Assembly: GCA_040954595.2 (NCBI GenBank)
Contig: CM082582.2
Span: 496,001-560,000, forward strand
DNA length: 64,000 nucleotides
Source of the DNA: Balanoglossus misakiensis
Lineage: Eukaryota > Animalia > Hemichordata
Direction of reading: 5' to 3'
The translations under genes were made by a program, and so were the position numbers. How positions within the stretch are numbered: position 1 is the stretch's first letter; every line of letters starts with the position of its first letter. Below the pieces are notes generated by a model that searched no databases, was not told the origin of the DNA, and saw only the letters and a program-made list of their open reading frames with translations. Shown here one piece after another: positions 37,380 to 48,500 of the stretch.

Positions 37380-37664
37380 ATGGTGGTCTTCGGTAACGCC
37401 AACGAAGCCAGACAGATTTTATTTGCGGCCCCTGGATGCCTGAAAGGAAACAAGTTGAAAGGAAACCAGATTTATGTGTCTGACGATGTAAGCAAGAAAG
37501 TATACGCGGAACGGAAGAGGCTACTACAGTATGCAAGCAAGATAAAGAGAGAAGCGTCGACGAAAAGCTGCTACATAGCTTGGAAAGTGCCGGCAACACT
37601 CGTAATCAAGTACGCTAATGGTGTCAAAAAGGAACTCACGGTAAATGACATTCCAGAAAAATGA
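37380..37664 (+). pseudogene. C-terminal fragment of L1-type ORF1
   Basis: LKGNQIYVSDDVSKKVYAERKRL..PATLVI resembles the L1 ORF1 RRM/CTD end; it lies upstream of ORF2 and begins at the truncation point. Confidence 0.7.
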
Positions 37665-38125
37665 CATTTGTAAATGTAAATGAAAATTGTAAATGTAAAC
37701 TGGATAGTAGCGTACGACTTTGAATTACCAAACACAGTATTCATAGAATAACGGTAACGTTGTCGGCAATTGATTTTAAAGATCTCAATACACCTCCGAC
37801 ACAGAGAAGGTGTGGCACTCGAGCAGAGTAGGTTTTATTTTTCTTGCCTTTCTTTTTTGTTCTTTTTGTATTTCTTCTCCTTTTCGTCTTGCCCCCTTTC
37901 CCTGTTTGTTTTTTTCCTCCGGGGAAGGGAGTTTCGTCTCTTCTCAGTCTTCTCTTTTTTTTGGCCCTTTGGGTTTTTTTCTCTCGCCTCTGTCGGCCCT
38001 TAGGGTGTGTTTGTCTTGTTTGTTTGTTGTTTCTTGATGGGTTTATTTCAAAGCGGGACACATCAGTCAATTTTCAGAAATGTTTTTGGAAGCAGTCGAC
38101 ACAACACATTTCATGACAATTTGAA

Positions 38126-40589
38126 ATGGATTTTTCAGTTTTGACGTTTAATACAAGAGGGCTCCGTAGTTTCAAAAAAAGGAAAAAACTTGGATGTTGG
38201 TTAAATAGTAAGAACCCCACATTTACTTTCTTACAAGAAACCCACAGTGTAAAAGACGATGTTCACTTTTGGTCAACTCAATTTAATGGTCGCTGTTGGT
38301 TTTCGCATGGAACAAACAATAGTAGAGGTGTAATAACAATTATCAATAACCCAAATATTATAGTTAACAATTCTGTAACTGACGATATGGGTAGATTTAG
38401 TCTTATTGATGTAAATTTAGACAATACGCCTTGTATACTACTTAATGTATATGCACCCAATATAGAGAAAGAGCATGTAATTTTTCTAGAAGAAATGTAT
38501 TTTTTGCTGGTCAAATATGTAACCGATCCCAACACAATTGTCATTTTAGGAGGGGATTTAAATTTCACCTATAATATTGCCCTTGATCGCTCAGGAGGCA
38601 ATCCTAAACCATGGGGAAAGTCCATTGCTCTTTTAGATAGGATATCTGACGTCTTCAATTTGATTGATATATGGAGGGTGCGTCATGAAGAAAAGAGAGG
38701 TTTTACCTGGAGAAGGCGCAGGCCTTATATCACTCAGAGTAGACTTGATTATTTTTTCATTTCTAGCGATTTACAGCAACAAATCAGTAGCGTTCAGATT
38801 ATTCCTGGAGTGGATTCCGACCATTCAGCTGTCTCTTTGGTGTATAAATCTTGCCAAAACGAGCGGGGTCCTGGCTACTGGAAGTTTAATTCTAGTTTAA
38901 TTTACGACAGTACTTTCAAAACCATTCTGCACGATAATATTGACGAGTGGATTAGTGAATCCACTAGGTTAAATGATGGGGTTCGTTGGGACTTCATAAA
39001 ATTTAAGATTAGAGGTTTTGTGATTGACTACAGCAAAACAGTGGCGAAAAAACGTAGACAGAATTTACAGAATCTTGAACTGTCGGTGAATTTTCTTGAG
39101 GGTCTTTGTTCTAATCATCCTACAGTGCAAAATTACGAGATGCTCGAGTCAGCAAAGAGTGATTTGGAGAAAGTTTATGATTATATTACAGAAGGAGCGG
39201 TCGTAAGATCCAGGATTAATTGGTACGAGAAAGGTGAAAAATGTAACAAGTTCTTTTTAGGTTTGGAAAAGGTAAATAAACGCAACTCGAGTATCAGCAA
39301 TTTGAAGAAAGATGAGTATACAATTATAGACAACCCAAAGAATATTTTGTGTGAAATTAAGCAGTTTTATGCCAAGCTTTACTCAAGGTGCGCCACAAAC
39401 TCCAACGATGTGCATTATTTCCTGGATGCAAATTTACCAATGTTGTCAGAGAATGATAAAGTTTTGTGTGAGGGTCCTTTGACCCCTGGGGAAGTTTTCT
39501 CTGTTCTTCTCTCCCTTCCAGACAACAAAAGCCCCGGCAATGATGGCCTTACAAAAGAATTTTACGTGGCGTTTTGGCCACAGGTGGGGAATTTAGTTTT
39601 GAATTCTCTCAATTATGGTTACAGAACGGGGGAATTTTCAAATTCACAGAAACAGAGTGTCATAACTCTGATTGATAAACCTGGGAAGGATCAACTCTAT
39701 CTGAAAAATTGGAGACCAATCTCCCTTATGAATGTTGACATGAAGCTTGCTTCAAAATGCCTTGTTAAACGTATTGAGAAAGTTTTGCCCTGCTTAATTG
39801 GTGACTCCCAAGCGGCCTTTGTCCGGGGGAGAAACATTGGTGATTATATCCGTTTGATAGATGAGATTTTTCATCACACCTGTAATGCTGATATTCCAGC
39901 AATTTTATTAGCCATAGATTTCGAAAAAGCTTTTGACACTGTAAGTTGGGATTATCTCTACAATACATTGTCATCCTTTAATTTTGGAGTGTCCTTCATC
40001 AACTGGGTTAAAGCCTTATATTTTAACATTGAAAGCACTGTAATGAACAATGGGTTTGGGACTGGCTATTTTAAGCTTGAGAAGGGAGTGCGCCAAGGCG
40101 ACCCTTTGTCACCTATGTTATTTATTCTGGTTTTAGAAACAGTCTTGCATTCAATAAGAAATAACCGGCAAATTAGTGGTATCAATATTGGCAGTGTTGA
40201 AATTAAGGAGTCGGCGTTCGCCGACGATATGACCTGTTTTTTTATCAAATGAAAACTCTGTAAGAATTGTTTTTGAAATGTTAACTTCCTTTTATAATGC
40301 TTCTGGTTTGAAAGTCAACAAAGATAAGACAGAAGCTGTTTGGCTTGGGAAATGGAGACTTCGAAAAGATGAGGCGTTCGGGGTAAAGTGGCCCACCCCT
40401 ACTATCAAGATTGTGGGGATTCATTTTTCTTATAATGAAAAAATTGCCCAGGAAAAAAATATTGTTACCCCAGTCGAAAATCTAAAAAAGGTCCTCAATA
40501 TGTGGAAAACTAGGAATTTGACCATCATTGGGAAAGTTCAAGTTATTAAGTCATTGGCAATTTCCAAATTAACATATGTGCTTACACAT
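38126..40589 (+). pseudogene. L1/Tx1 ORF2 5' part (APE and RT), +1 frameshift at about 40240
   Basis: TFNTRGL, FLQETH, NVYAPN, GGDLN, SRLDY, SDH, GYWKFN, KSPGNDG, NWRPISL, DFEKAFD, GVRQGDPLSP, FADD; continues as ORF 40278-40595. Confidence 0.95.
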
Positions 40590-41016
40590 CTATAATATTT
40601 AAAGCCTTATAACTCCGCTCTAGAATATGCCTATTGTTATAGGAGTGGGTCCGGGTTTTGATGTTATGTTGGCCAAATTCCAGAGCGGGGTTGCTGAAGG
40701 GTGGGAGGGTGGGCAAAACTCCCAAATCGCTCATCGGTACACATAAACCCCCACCCGCCCGCCACTTATATGCCCTAACCTTCCACCTTATCTGCTCTAA
40801 CTGCTGCCTCCTGTGGTAAAGGAATGGTACTGAGCCCATGTGCGGATATTCGCTAACTTTTATACGGGTTCTCATGAATATTCATAATAAATTAGCATAT
40901 GCGGATATATATCGCGTAGTGATGCGGCTTTAAATACTATAATATTTAAAGCCTTATAACTCCGCTCTAGAATATGCCTATTGTTATAGGAGTGGGTCCG
41001 GGTTTTATGTTATGTT
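40590..41016 (-). repeat. 3' terminal repeat complex B1-A2-spacer-B2
   Basis: ctataatatttaaagccttataactccgctctagaat at 40590 and 40937; the A2/B1 junction ctttaaata|ctataat equals the two element termini joined. Confidence 0.92.
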
Positions 41017-41228
41017 ATGCGAAACTCCCTGCTTTATGGATGCACAACTTTTCCTATTTCCCACCCAATCCTTCAATACCCATACACACCCACTCCTACA
41101 CCCATAATATATATGAAAGCACGTGTCAATTTTAAACTATGAACTTTATTCTTGCTACGATTATGTACAGAAATCAAGCCCCATACATCTGTAAATTAGG
41201 TTATTGTGCCAATAAGGAGCGGACTGGT

Positions 41229-41417
41229 TTAGAATGCCATAGTGAAGTCTGTTAGATCATTCGCCTGTTCGTAGTTTCGCGTCAGGATCTCTCCTGCATC
41301 AGTCACCTCTTTTAACTTCTGGGCTGGTCCTTGGGCCGCTGGCACAGAAGATAGTTTGGTGTAATGATTGGCTGTATCTTCTGAACGCCAACCTATGTGA
41401 CGCATAAGCTCACTCAA
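41229..41417 (-). pseudogene. Tyrosine recombinase C-terminal fragment
   Basis: LMRHIGWRSEDTANHY matches the H/W..Y end of YR catalytic box II. Confidence 0.75.
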
Positions 41418-42021
41418 CTTCTATCAGCTTATCCAATTTAAAAGGCATGTCCTTCATCCAAAGGTTGAGAAATCTCATATCGATACATAGACGAGGCTTT
41501 TGGGGTTCAATTGTGATGGGCATAACTATATGAGGGGGAGGGGCACACCCTACTCTGCCCCACACCGAAATGGCTCCAGACTTGATTCTATCTTGCAGGG
41601 TATTAGCAATAAATTCTCCAAATTTACTACAATTCGGGTTGTTGTAAAATAACTTGTGAGGGGGTGTATCGTGATCGTATTCGACTCCTTTAAATTGTCC
41701 CGAAAAGTGACGAGTGTAATCCGAGATTTTGACCTTCTCCCGCAACCAGGACATAACTAAGTCTTTGTTGTCTAGCCCATTTGTGATGCAATCCCATTCT
41801 TGAAGATGTTGATGGACTTCACCAGCCTTAAATTCAGCTGCATTTCTATAATTTAACTCTTGGGGGCTGGACAGGGTTCTTCCAAAGGCGACCTCTTCGA
41901 CAGCTGGATTCCCTCCCATCACTTCCTGTCTGGGGGCGCCCTCCCATGATACCCATGAATACGAGACACGTCCACCACTTGCTTGATGAACGGGGTAGTT
42001 CAGTTCCCACTGTGGGGTCAA
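41410..42021 (-). pseudogene. DIRS/Ngaro reverse transcriptase N-terminal fragment
   Basis: SGAISVWG..PHIVMPITIEPQKPRLCIDMRFLNLWMKDMPFKLD; breaks off before the catalytic YxDD. Confidence 0.8.
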
Positions 42022-42287
42022 AACTGAAACAAAAGGAAAACAGCAAAGCTTAGGACACTTTTTTTTTTTTTTTTTTTTTTTCTTTTTGAGGGCGACCCCC
42101 CAGACAGGACCCTGCGAAGGCAGGTTGCTTTTAAAGGCATAGGGCTGTTATTGTTAGCCCCCCTGTCCGAAGGGAAAGGAAAATAAACTACCCAAACACT
42201 GAGATTACAGAGTCATATTATGAATTTTATTTTTTTCAATATTTCAATGCATCATCGGAAAAGTTATACGATTATCAGTACAATACA

Positions 42288-42818
42288 TTATTTTTTGTCG
42301 GGGCAGTCCCTCGCAATGTGCCCCAACTTCGCACATACAAAGCATTTAATTCCGGATTGCCCAGCCGAATTTCTTGGTTGCTCTCTTCTATAGTAGGGAG
42401 AATACGGTGTGCGGGTATATGATGTACGAAGTGGATAGGGCATATATCGTCCCGATTCATATTGAGAGAACTGATTAGATGAGCCAGAGTGTTTCATAAA
42501 CTTGTACACTTTTGAAGCTATTTCTTCCTCTTCTTTATTTCCCAATAATAGAATAATTAATCTCCCCGCATCTTCCCCGAAATCGGTAGATTCAAACTGG
42601 GAGAGCACCGATCGAAAACGATGCAATTTTGGATGTGCGGTGGCTGTCGCTCTGTCGACCAGTGCCCTCAAAGCATTAAGTAGTTGGGTTCGGGATACGA
42701 CTGCTGGATTGTGGGCCATATCCATTAGCTTTTGTAAAGCCTCTTCGACAGATGCTGTCCCAGCATTCTTTTCCAATAAGAGTAGTTTCTGTTTCAGCTC
42801 CAATAGCTGTTCCTTCAC
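42288..42818 (-). CDS. gag: Gag-like protein with coiled coil and CCHC zinc knuckle (possibly an internal exon)
   Basis: CFVCAKLGHIARDC at the C-terminus; lies upstream of RT; the ORF call starts at a GTG directly after ttgtag. Confidence 0.75.
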   Translation of the reverse strand: MKEQLLELKQKLLLLEKNAGTASVEEALQKLMDMAHNPAVVSRTQLLNALRALVDRATATAHPKLHRFRSVLSQFESTDFGEDAGRLIILLLGNKEEEEIASKVYKFMKHSGSSNQFSQYESGRYMPYPLRTSYTRTPYSPYYRREQPRNSAGQSGIKCFVCAKLGHIARDCPDKK

Positions 42819-43044
42819 CTACAATACAATCATCGTTTTGTAATGAGTACATCACAGTAACACTAACGCCCATGTACAAAGGTTAACATTATTTTGAATC
42901 AATTCTCCTTCCTTTCAGAGCCTCGTACCTTCATTTCATTATGAGCCTCATTGCTTCATTATTGTTATTTTGTATACAAATACATTTTTTTAAAACAATC
43001 TCGTTGCTAGGTTTCATAATCAAAGCCTCGCTGCTTTAAATTCA

Positions 43045-43503
43045 TAACCGAGCTTCACTGCTCTATTTCAATAACCGAGCTTCACTGCTTTAATTCAATA
43101 ACCGAGCTTCACTGCTCTATTTCAATAACCGAGCTCCACTGCTCTATTTCAATAACCGAGCTCCACTGCTCTATTTCTATAACCGAGCTTCACTGCTCTA
43201 TTTCAATAACCGAGCTCCACTGCTCTATTTCAATAACCGAGCTTCACTGCTCTATTTCAATAACCGAGCTCCACTGCTCTATTTCAATAACCGAGCTTCA
43301 CTGCTCTATTTCAATAACCGAGCTCCACTGCTCTATTTCAATAACCGAGCTTCACTGCTCTATTTCAATAACCGAGCTCCACTGCTCTATTTCTATAACC
43401 GAGCTTCACTGCTCTATTTCGATAACCGAACTTCACTGCTCTATTTCAATAACCGAGCTTCACTGCTCTATTTCAATAACCGAGCCCCAATGCTCTATTT
43501 CAT
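43045..43503. repeat. 27-bp minisatellite, about 17 copies
   Basis: taaccgagct(t/c)cactgctctatttcaa from 43045 to the copy starting at 43477, period 27. Confidence 0.96.
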
Positions 43504-44035
43504 AAAACTGGGCCGCATTGTTCTATCGAAAATGTACAGGCACCTGGCAGTGGGGCCATGTCACGGTTTTCCACTCCATGCATATTCAATGAGGATACAA
43601 ACATTCACATTGGGGGCAGGTGGCATGCAGGAATTCAACAGGTGTACGCTGTAGTATAATGGGCGTCGAGAAAAGCCGTTAACAAAGTAATGGGGCATGC
43701 CGAACGAAACGTACAAATCTAGACATCGGAATGAACAATAAATAAGGTGTACCCGAGAGAGGATTTATATGTACCTCATTATCTGCGGTCGTTTGAGCGT
43801 TCCCTTGACGACTCGGACCCGGAACTTTAATATCTGGTCGGCTCGTCGCCCTTTGCTGCGTTTGCTGAGTTGGCTGAGATTGGGAGCCGGCATTACTACT
43901 TTGGCTGGTAGAAGGCCTGTGTGCAGCTAGGAACGCTGCAACAGCAAGGGTTGCACTCGGCTGTGCCTCTTCTGTGCCCGGTGGTGGTGGTGGCGGGTTT
44001 ACCCGTACCGGTGATTGACCATCTTCTCTGCTATA

Positions 44036-44169
44036 TGCTGCCTCCGTGGTTAAGGAATGGTACTGAGCCCATGTGCGGATATTCGCTAACTTTTATACGG
44101 GTTCTCATGAATATTCATAATAAATTAGCATATGCGGATATATATCGCGTAGTGATGCGGCTTTAAATA
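44036..44169 (-). repeat. 5' terminal repeat A1 of the Ngaro element
   Basis: Near-identical to 40802-40936. Confidence 0.92.
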
Positions 44170-45420
44170 GTAATTTTTCCTAATGAAGTAATAGGTCGGG
44201 TTCATAAGTTAATTTATAATTTTCTCTGGAATGGACAAGACCGGGTTCGCAGGAATGTAATGATAGGGGAGGTGGGCCAAGGAGGCTTAAAAATGCCCAA
44301 TTTAGATGTGATGATAAAAACAAAGCAAGTATTACTGATTAAACGCCTGTTGAATGAGGAATGTAAACACCCTTGGAAACACATTGTCTTACACAGTTTA
44401 GAGAAAGTCGGTGGAAAATTACTTTTTAAATGTAACTTCCGCACCAATCTTTTGCCTGTCCAAGTTTCCAGTTTTATAAATAATTGTCTTGTCACATGGT
44501 CAGAAATCAACATAATTCCAAATACTACAGACCAGGTGATTTGGAACAACAGAAACGTCCTCGTTGGAGGAAAGTCGGTATTTTATAAGGCTTTTTCTGA
44601 CGCTGGCTTTAATTTCATCCCTGACATGTTTACAGGTTTTAATAGAGTATCATGGTCTGTATTTGAGCAGAAAGGCCTGAATTTAAATCAGAAATTGAAG
44701 TGGTTAGGATTGACACTTTCTGTTCCAAACAAGTTAAAAAATTGTACCAAAGCACATAGTGTACATAAGCTTTGTATTTCATTGAATGGCACAATCTGTA
44801 ATTTAGACACTTTAACGAAAAAGAGTTTGAAATGTAATTTGAACGACCGTATTATAGAGACTCCAAAAAGTCAAGCAACACTGGAAAAAATGTTGAATAT
44901 ATTTAATCTAAACTGGGAAAAAATGTATGACTTCACTTACAAGTTATCAATACATTGTAAGGCTAGAGCTTTTCAATTTAAATTACTTCACAATATTTTG
45001 TATACAAACAAACAGCTAAACAGGTACAATCCACAGAAATTTCCAACTGCTCTTTGTGATTTATGTAAAGTGGAAACAGAGTCCATCGACCATTTATTTC
45101 ATAGTTGCAATTGTACTACTGCTCTCTGGAGGGACCTACTGTTTACGTTGGGTATCCCTCTTAAATTGAAAAAACCACCATCAGTGTTATGTATGGTTTT
45201 GGGTGACCCAAACGAGACTTTTATAGTCAATTTTATAGCAATGCAAGTTAGAATGTACATTTACTACTGTAAATTAAATAATCGAATTCCGAATATCACT
45301 GGGTTTATTGTTCAGCTCAAAAACATACATGAAATTGAACTTAAGATTGCAACTGCAAATCATAAAATGTATTTTCATCTTAAAAAATGGTCATCACTTA
45401 TGAGGTATATAACAAACTGA
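44170..45420 (+). pseudogene. L1/Tx1 ORF2 3' part with C-terminal CCHC zinc finger
   Basis: NFLWNG, GGLKMPN, IWNN, FQFKLLHNILYTN, CDLCKVETESIDHLFHSC, KKW. Confidence 0.93.
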
Positions 45421-45587
45421 GAATACCAGATTGTTTTTTTTTTTCTCTTCTTTCCATTAAGTTATGCTTCCAAAAAATAATTGTCAATATAATTGTCAAT
45501 TTTTTTTTTTTTTTTTTTTTTTAAATCTACTTATGTATCAAAATGACTGTTTGTGTTCCCAATAAAAAGTATTAAAAAAAAAAAAAA

Positions 45588-48500
45588 AAAGTCACAGCGG
45601 GTCAACACTCGACATTTGTTCCGGTAGGACTGCATTATTGCCTGTCAATTTATAGAGAAAGCCCAAATTTAACCAGGGCGTTTCAAACACCGACGTTAGT
45701 TGGGGGCACGGCCTGCAGTACTGCCGGGTAAGCTGACATCAGCGTACCGCATATAATGTAGGGGGGGGGGGGGAACAGAACGGTTAAATACTACATTTAT
45801 CAGATATCAGCTAATTTTGGACAATCATCTAAAATGTAAATCATCTTTTCATATTTGGATATCTGATGATGTATGACATTTCCATTATATGTAAAAATGG
45901 TGCTGATTATAAAAATGCACTCTGAATGAGCTGATTTAATGCAAAATTGCGTTTTATTCGTTTTTGCACCAAAAAGGTCATTTTTAGGCAAAACATTCTT
46001 TATTTTATTAATTCGGTGACCTGATCATATATAAACAATTGCTTGTATGTTAAAAGTTTTTATGACTTTTAAAAGCAGTGACACTGGCGGCATTCAACAC
46101 GAAAATAACAATTTTAGCCACAATTTGGTCAAAATGGTAAATTTTTGAAAATTACAAAAAATACCTGTTTTCTACATTTTCGGAAATCTGATGGAGTATA
46201 GAATGCTCTTCGTATGTATATATCGATACAAATTCCACAAAAGACCGTCTAATTTGGCTCACTGCAGACAAAATTGCGTTTTACAAAATTTTCCTTGAAA
46301 ATGTCATTTTTAGAAAAAAAAAATAAAAAAACCTTTTATCTTCGAATTTGGTGCCCTGATCATATATGACATGTTGATTGTATGTTAAAACTTTCCAAAA
46401 ATGCAGAGATATTGACGGAATTCAAGAAAAAATAGCCATTTTGGCCATATTTTGACAAAAATGGTAAATTTTTAAAAAATCATAAAAAATTAACTCTTTT
46501 CTTCATTTTCGGAAATATTATGGAGCATGATGTGTCGTTCTCTTGTAAAAAGTGCTGCAAATTCCAGAAAAGGCGGTATAATTTGAATCACCCAAGACAA
46601 AATTACCATTTTCGACTTTTTTTCGAAAAATTGTCTTTTTTACAAAATAAATAAGAATTAATTCTTTTCTTAGTTTCAAACGGGTAGAGATACTTTCCAC
46701 ACGGGTTTTCTAACATTGAATTCCCGTTCATCAACTCAGATTTCCTACAGCATAAGTCGGCTAAAACCCTGAGACTTTAGAGCAGAAACAGTTGCACACT
46801 GGTAACGTTGAACAAGTCGATTTTTCTACGGCCTGGCTCGGCTAAATCTCCGTCACAATATGACAGACACTATCGTACGTTAGCAACGGTGATCAAGTCA
46901 GATTTTCAACGGCATGGGTTGGATAAAGCCCCGGCACTCTAGAGCAGAAACACGCGTACAGAGACCACGTTGATCAAGTCTGATCTCCTACGGCTTGGCT
47001 CGACTAAAACCCCGGCACACTATGACAGACACTAGCGTTCGTTAGCAACGTTGATCAAGTCAGATTTCCTACGGCATGGCTTTGCTAAAGCCCTGACACT
47101 CAAGAGCAGAAACACGCGTACAGAGACCACGTTGATCTACTCACATTTCCTTCGGCCTGGCACGGCTGATGCCCCGGCACTATATATAGGACACAGACTG
47201 GCGTAAGTAAACAACGGTAATCACGTCGGGTTTCCTACGGCCTGGCTCAGCTGAAGCCCCGGCACTCTAGAGCAGAAACAGGCGTACATTGACCACGTTG
47301 ATCAAGTCAGATTTCCTACGGCGTGACTCGGCTGGTGCACCGGCTCTATATGACACAGACTGGCGTAAGTTATCAACGGTGATTACGTCGGATTTCCTAC
47401 GGCCTGGTTTAGCTGAAGCCCCGGCACTTTAGAGCGGAAACACGCGTACATTGACCACGATGATCAAGTCAGATCTCCTACGGCCTGGCTCGACTAAAAC
47501 CCCGGCACACCATGACAGACATTAGCGTTCGTTAGCAACGGTGATCAAGTCGGATTTCCTTCGGCCTGGCTCTGTAAAAGACCCGACACTCTAGTACAAA
47601 GACGTTGGCTAAGTCGGGCAAACCGAACAGGGAAAGTCACAGCGGGTCAACACTCGACATTTGTTCCGGTAGGACTGCATTATTGCCTGTCAATTTATAG
47701 AGAAAGCCCGAATTTAACCAGGGCGTTTCAAACACCGACGTTAGTTGGGGGCACGGCCTGCAGTACTGCCGGGTAAGCTGACATCAGCGTACCGCATATA
47801 ATGTAAGGGGGGGGGGACAGAACGGTTAAATACTACATTTATCAGATATCAGCTAATTTTGGACAATCATCTAAAATGTAAATCATCTTTTCATATTTTG
47901 ATATCTGATGATGTATGACATTTCCATTATATGTAAAAATGGTGCTGATTATAAAAATGCACTCTGAATGAGCTGTTTTAATGCAAAATTGCGTTTTATT
48001 CGTTTTTGCACCAAAAAGGTCATTTTTAGGCAAAACATTCTTTATTTTTTTAATTCGGTGACCTGATCATATATAAACAATTGCTTGTATGTTAAAAGTT
48101 TTTATGACTTTTAAAAGCAGTGACACTGGCGGCATTCAACACGAAAATAACAATTTTAGCCACAATTTGGTCAAAATGGTAAATTTTTGAAAATTACAAA
48201 AAATACCTGTTTTCTACATTTTCGGAAATCTGATGGAGTATAGAATGCTCTTCGTACGTATATATCGATACAAATTCCACAAAAGACCGTCTAATTTGGC
48301 TCACTGCAGACAAAATTGCGTTTTACAAAATTTTCCTTGAAAATGTCATTTTTAGAAAAAAAAAATAAAAAAAACCTTTTATCTTCGAATTTGGTGCCCT
48401 GATCATATATGACATGTTGATTGTATGTTAAAACTTTCGACCACTCCAAAAATGCAGAGATATTGACGGAATTCAAGAAAAAATAGCCATTTTGGCCATA

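Larger units (their letters stand above)
40590..44169 (-). mobile_element. Ngaro-type (DIRS order) tyrosine-recombinase retrotransposon, internally deleted, with split direct repeats A1..B1-A2..B2
   Basis: A1 44036-44169 matches A2 40802-40936; B1 40937-41016 matches B2 40590-40670. Contains gag, RT start and YR end. Removing it restores the host ORF2 frame (LTH|VIFPNE). Confidence 0.9.
37378..45590 (+). mobile_element. 5'-truncated L1/Tx1-group LINE with poly(A) tail and TSD, interrupted by a nested element
   Basis: ORF1 C-terminus, pyrimidine-rich inter-ORF spacer, APE-RT-CCHC ORF2, AATAAA at 45561, A17 tail; (aaa)gtcacagcgggtca duplicated at 37361-37377 and 45588-45604. Confidence 0.95.

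Noticed and set aside
37741-38116. Lys/Arg-rich and Phe-rich ORFs
   Set aside because: Low-complexity translations of the pyrimidine-rich inter-ORF spacer of the LINE.
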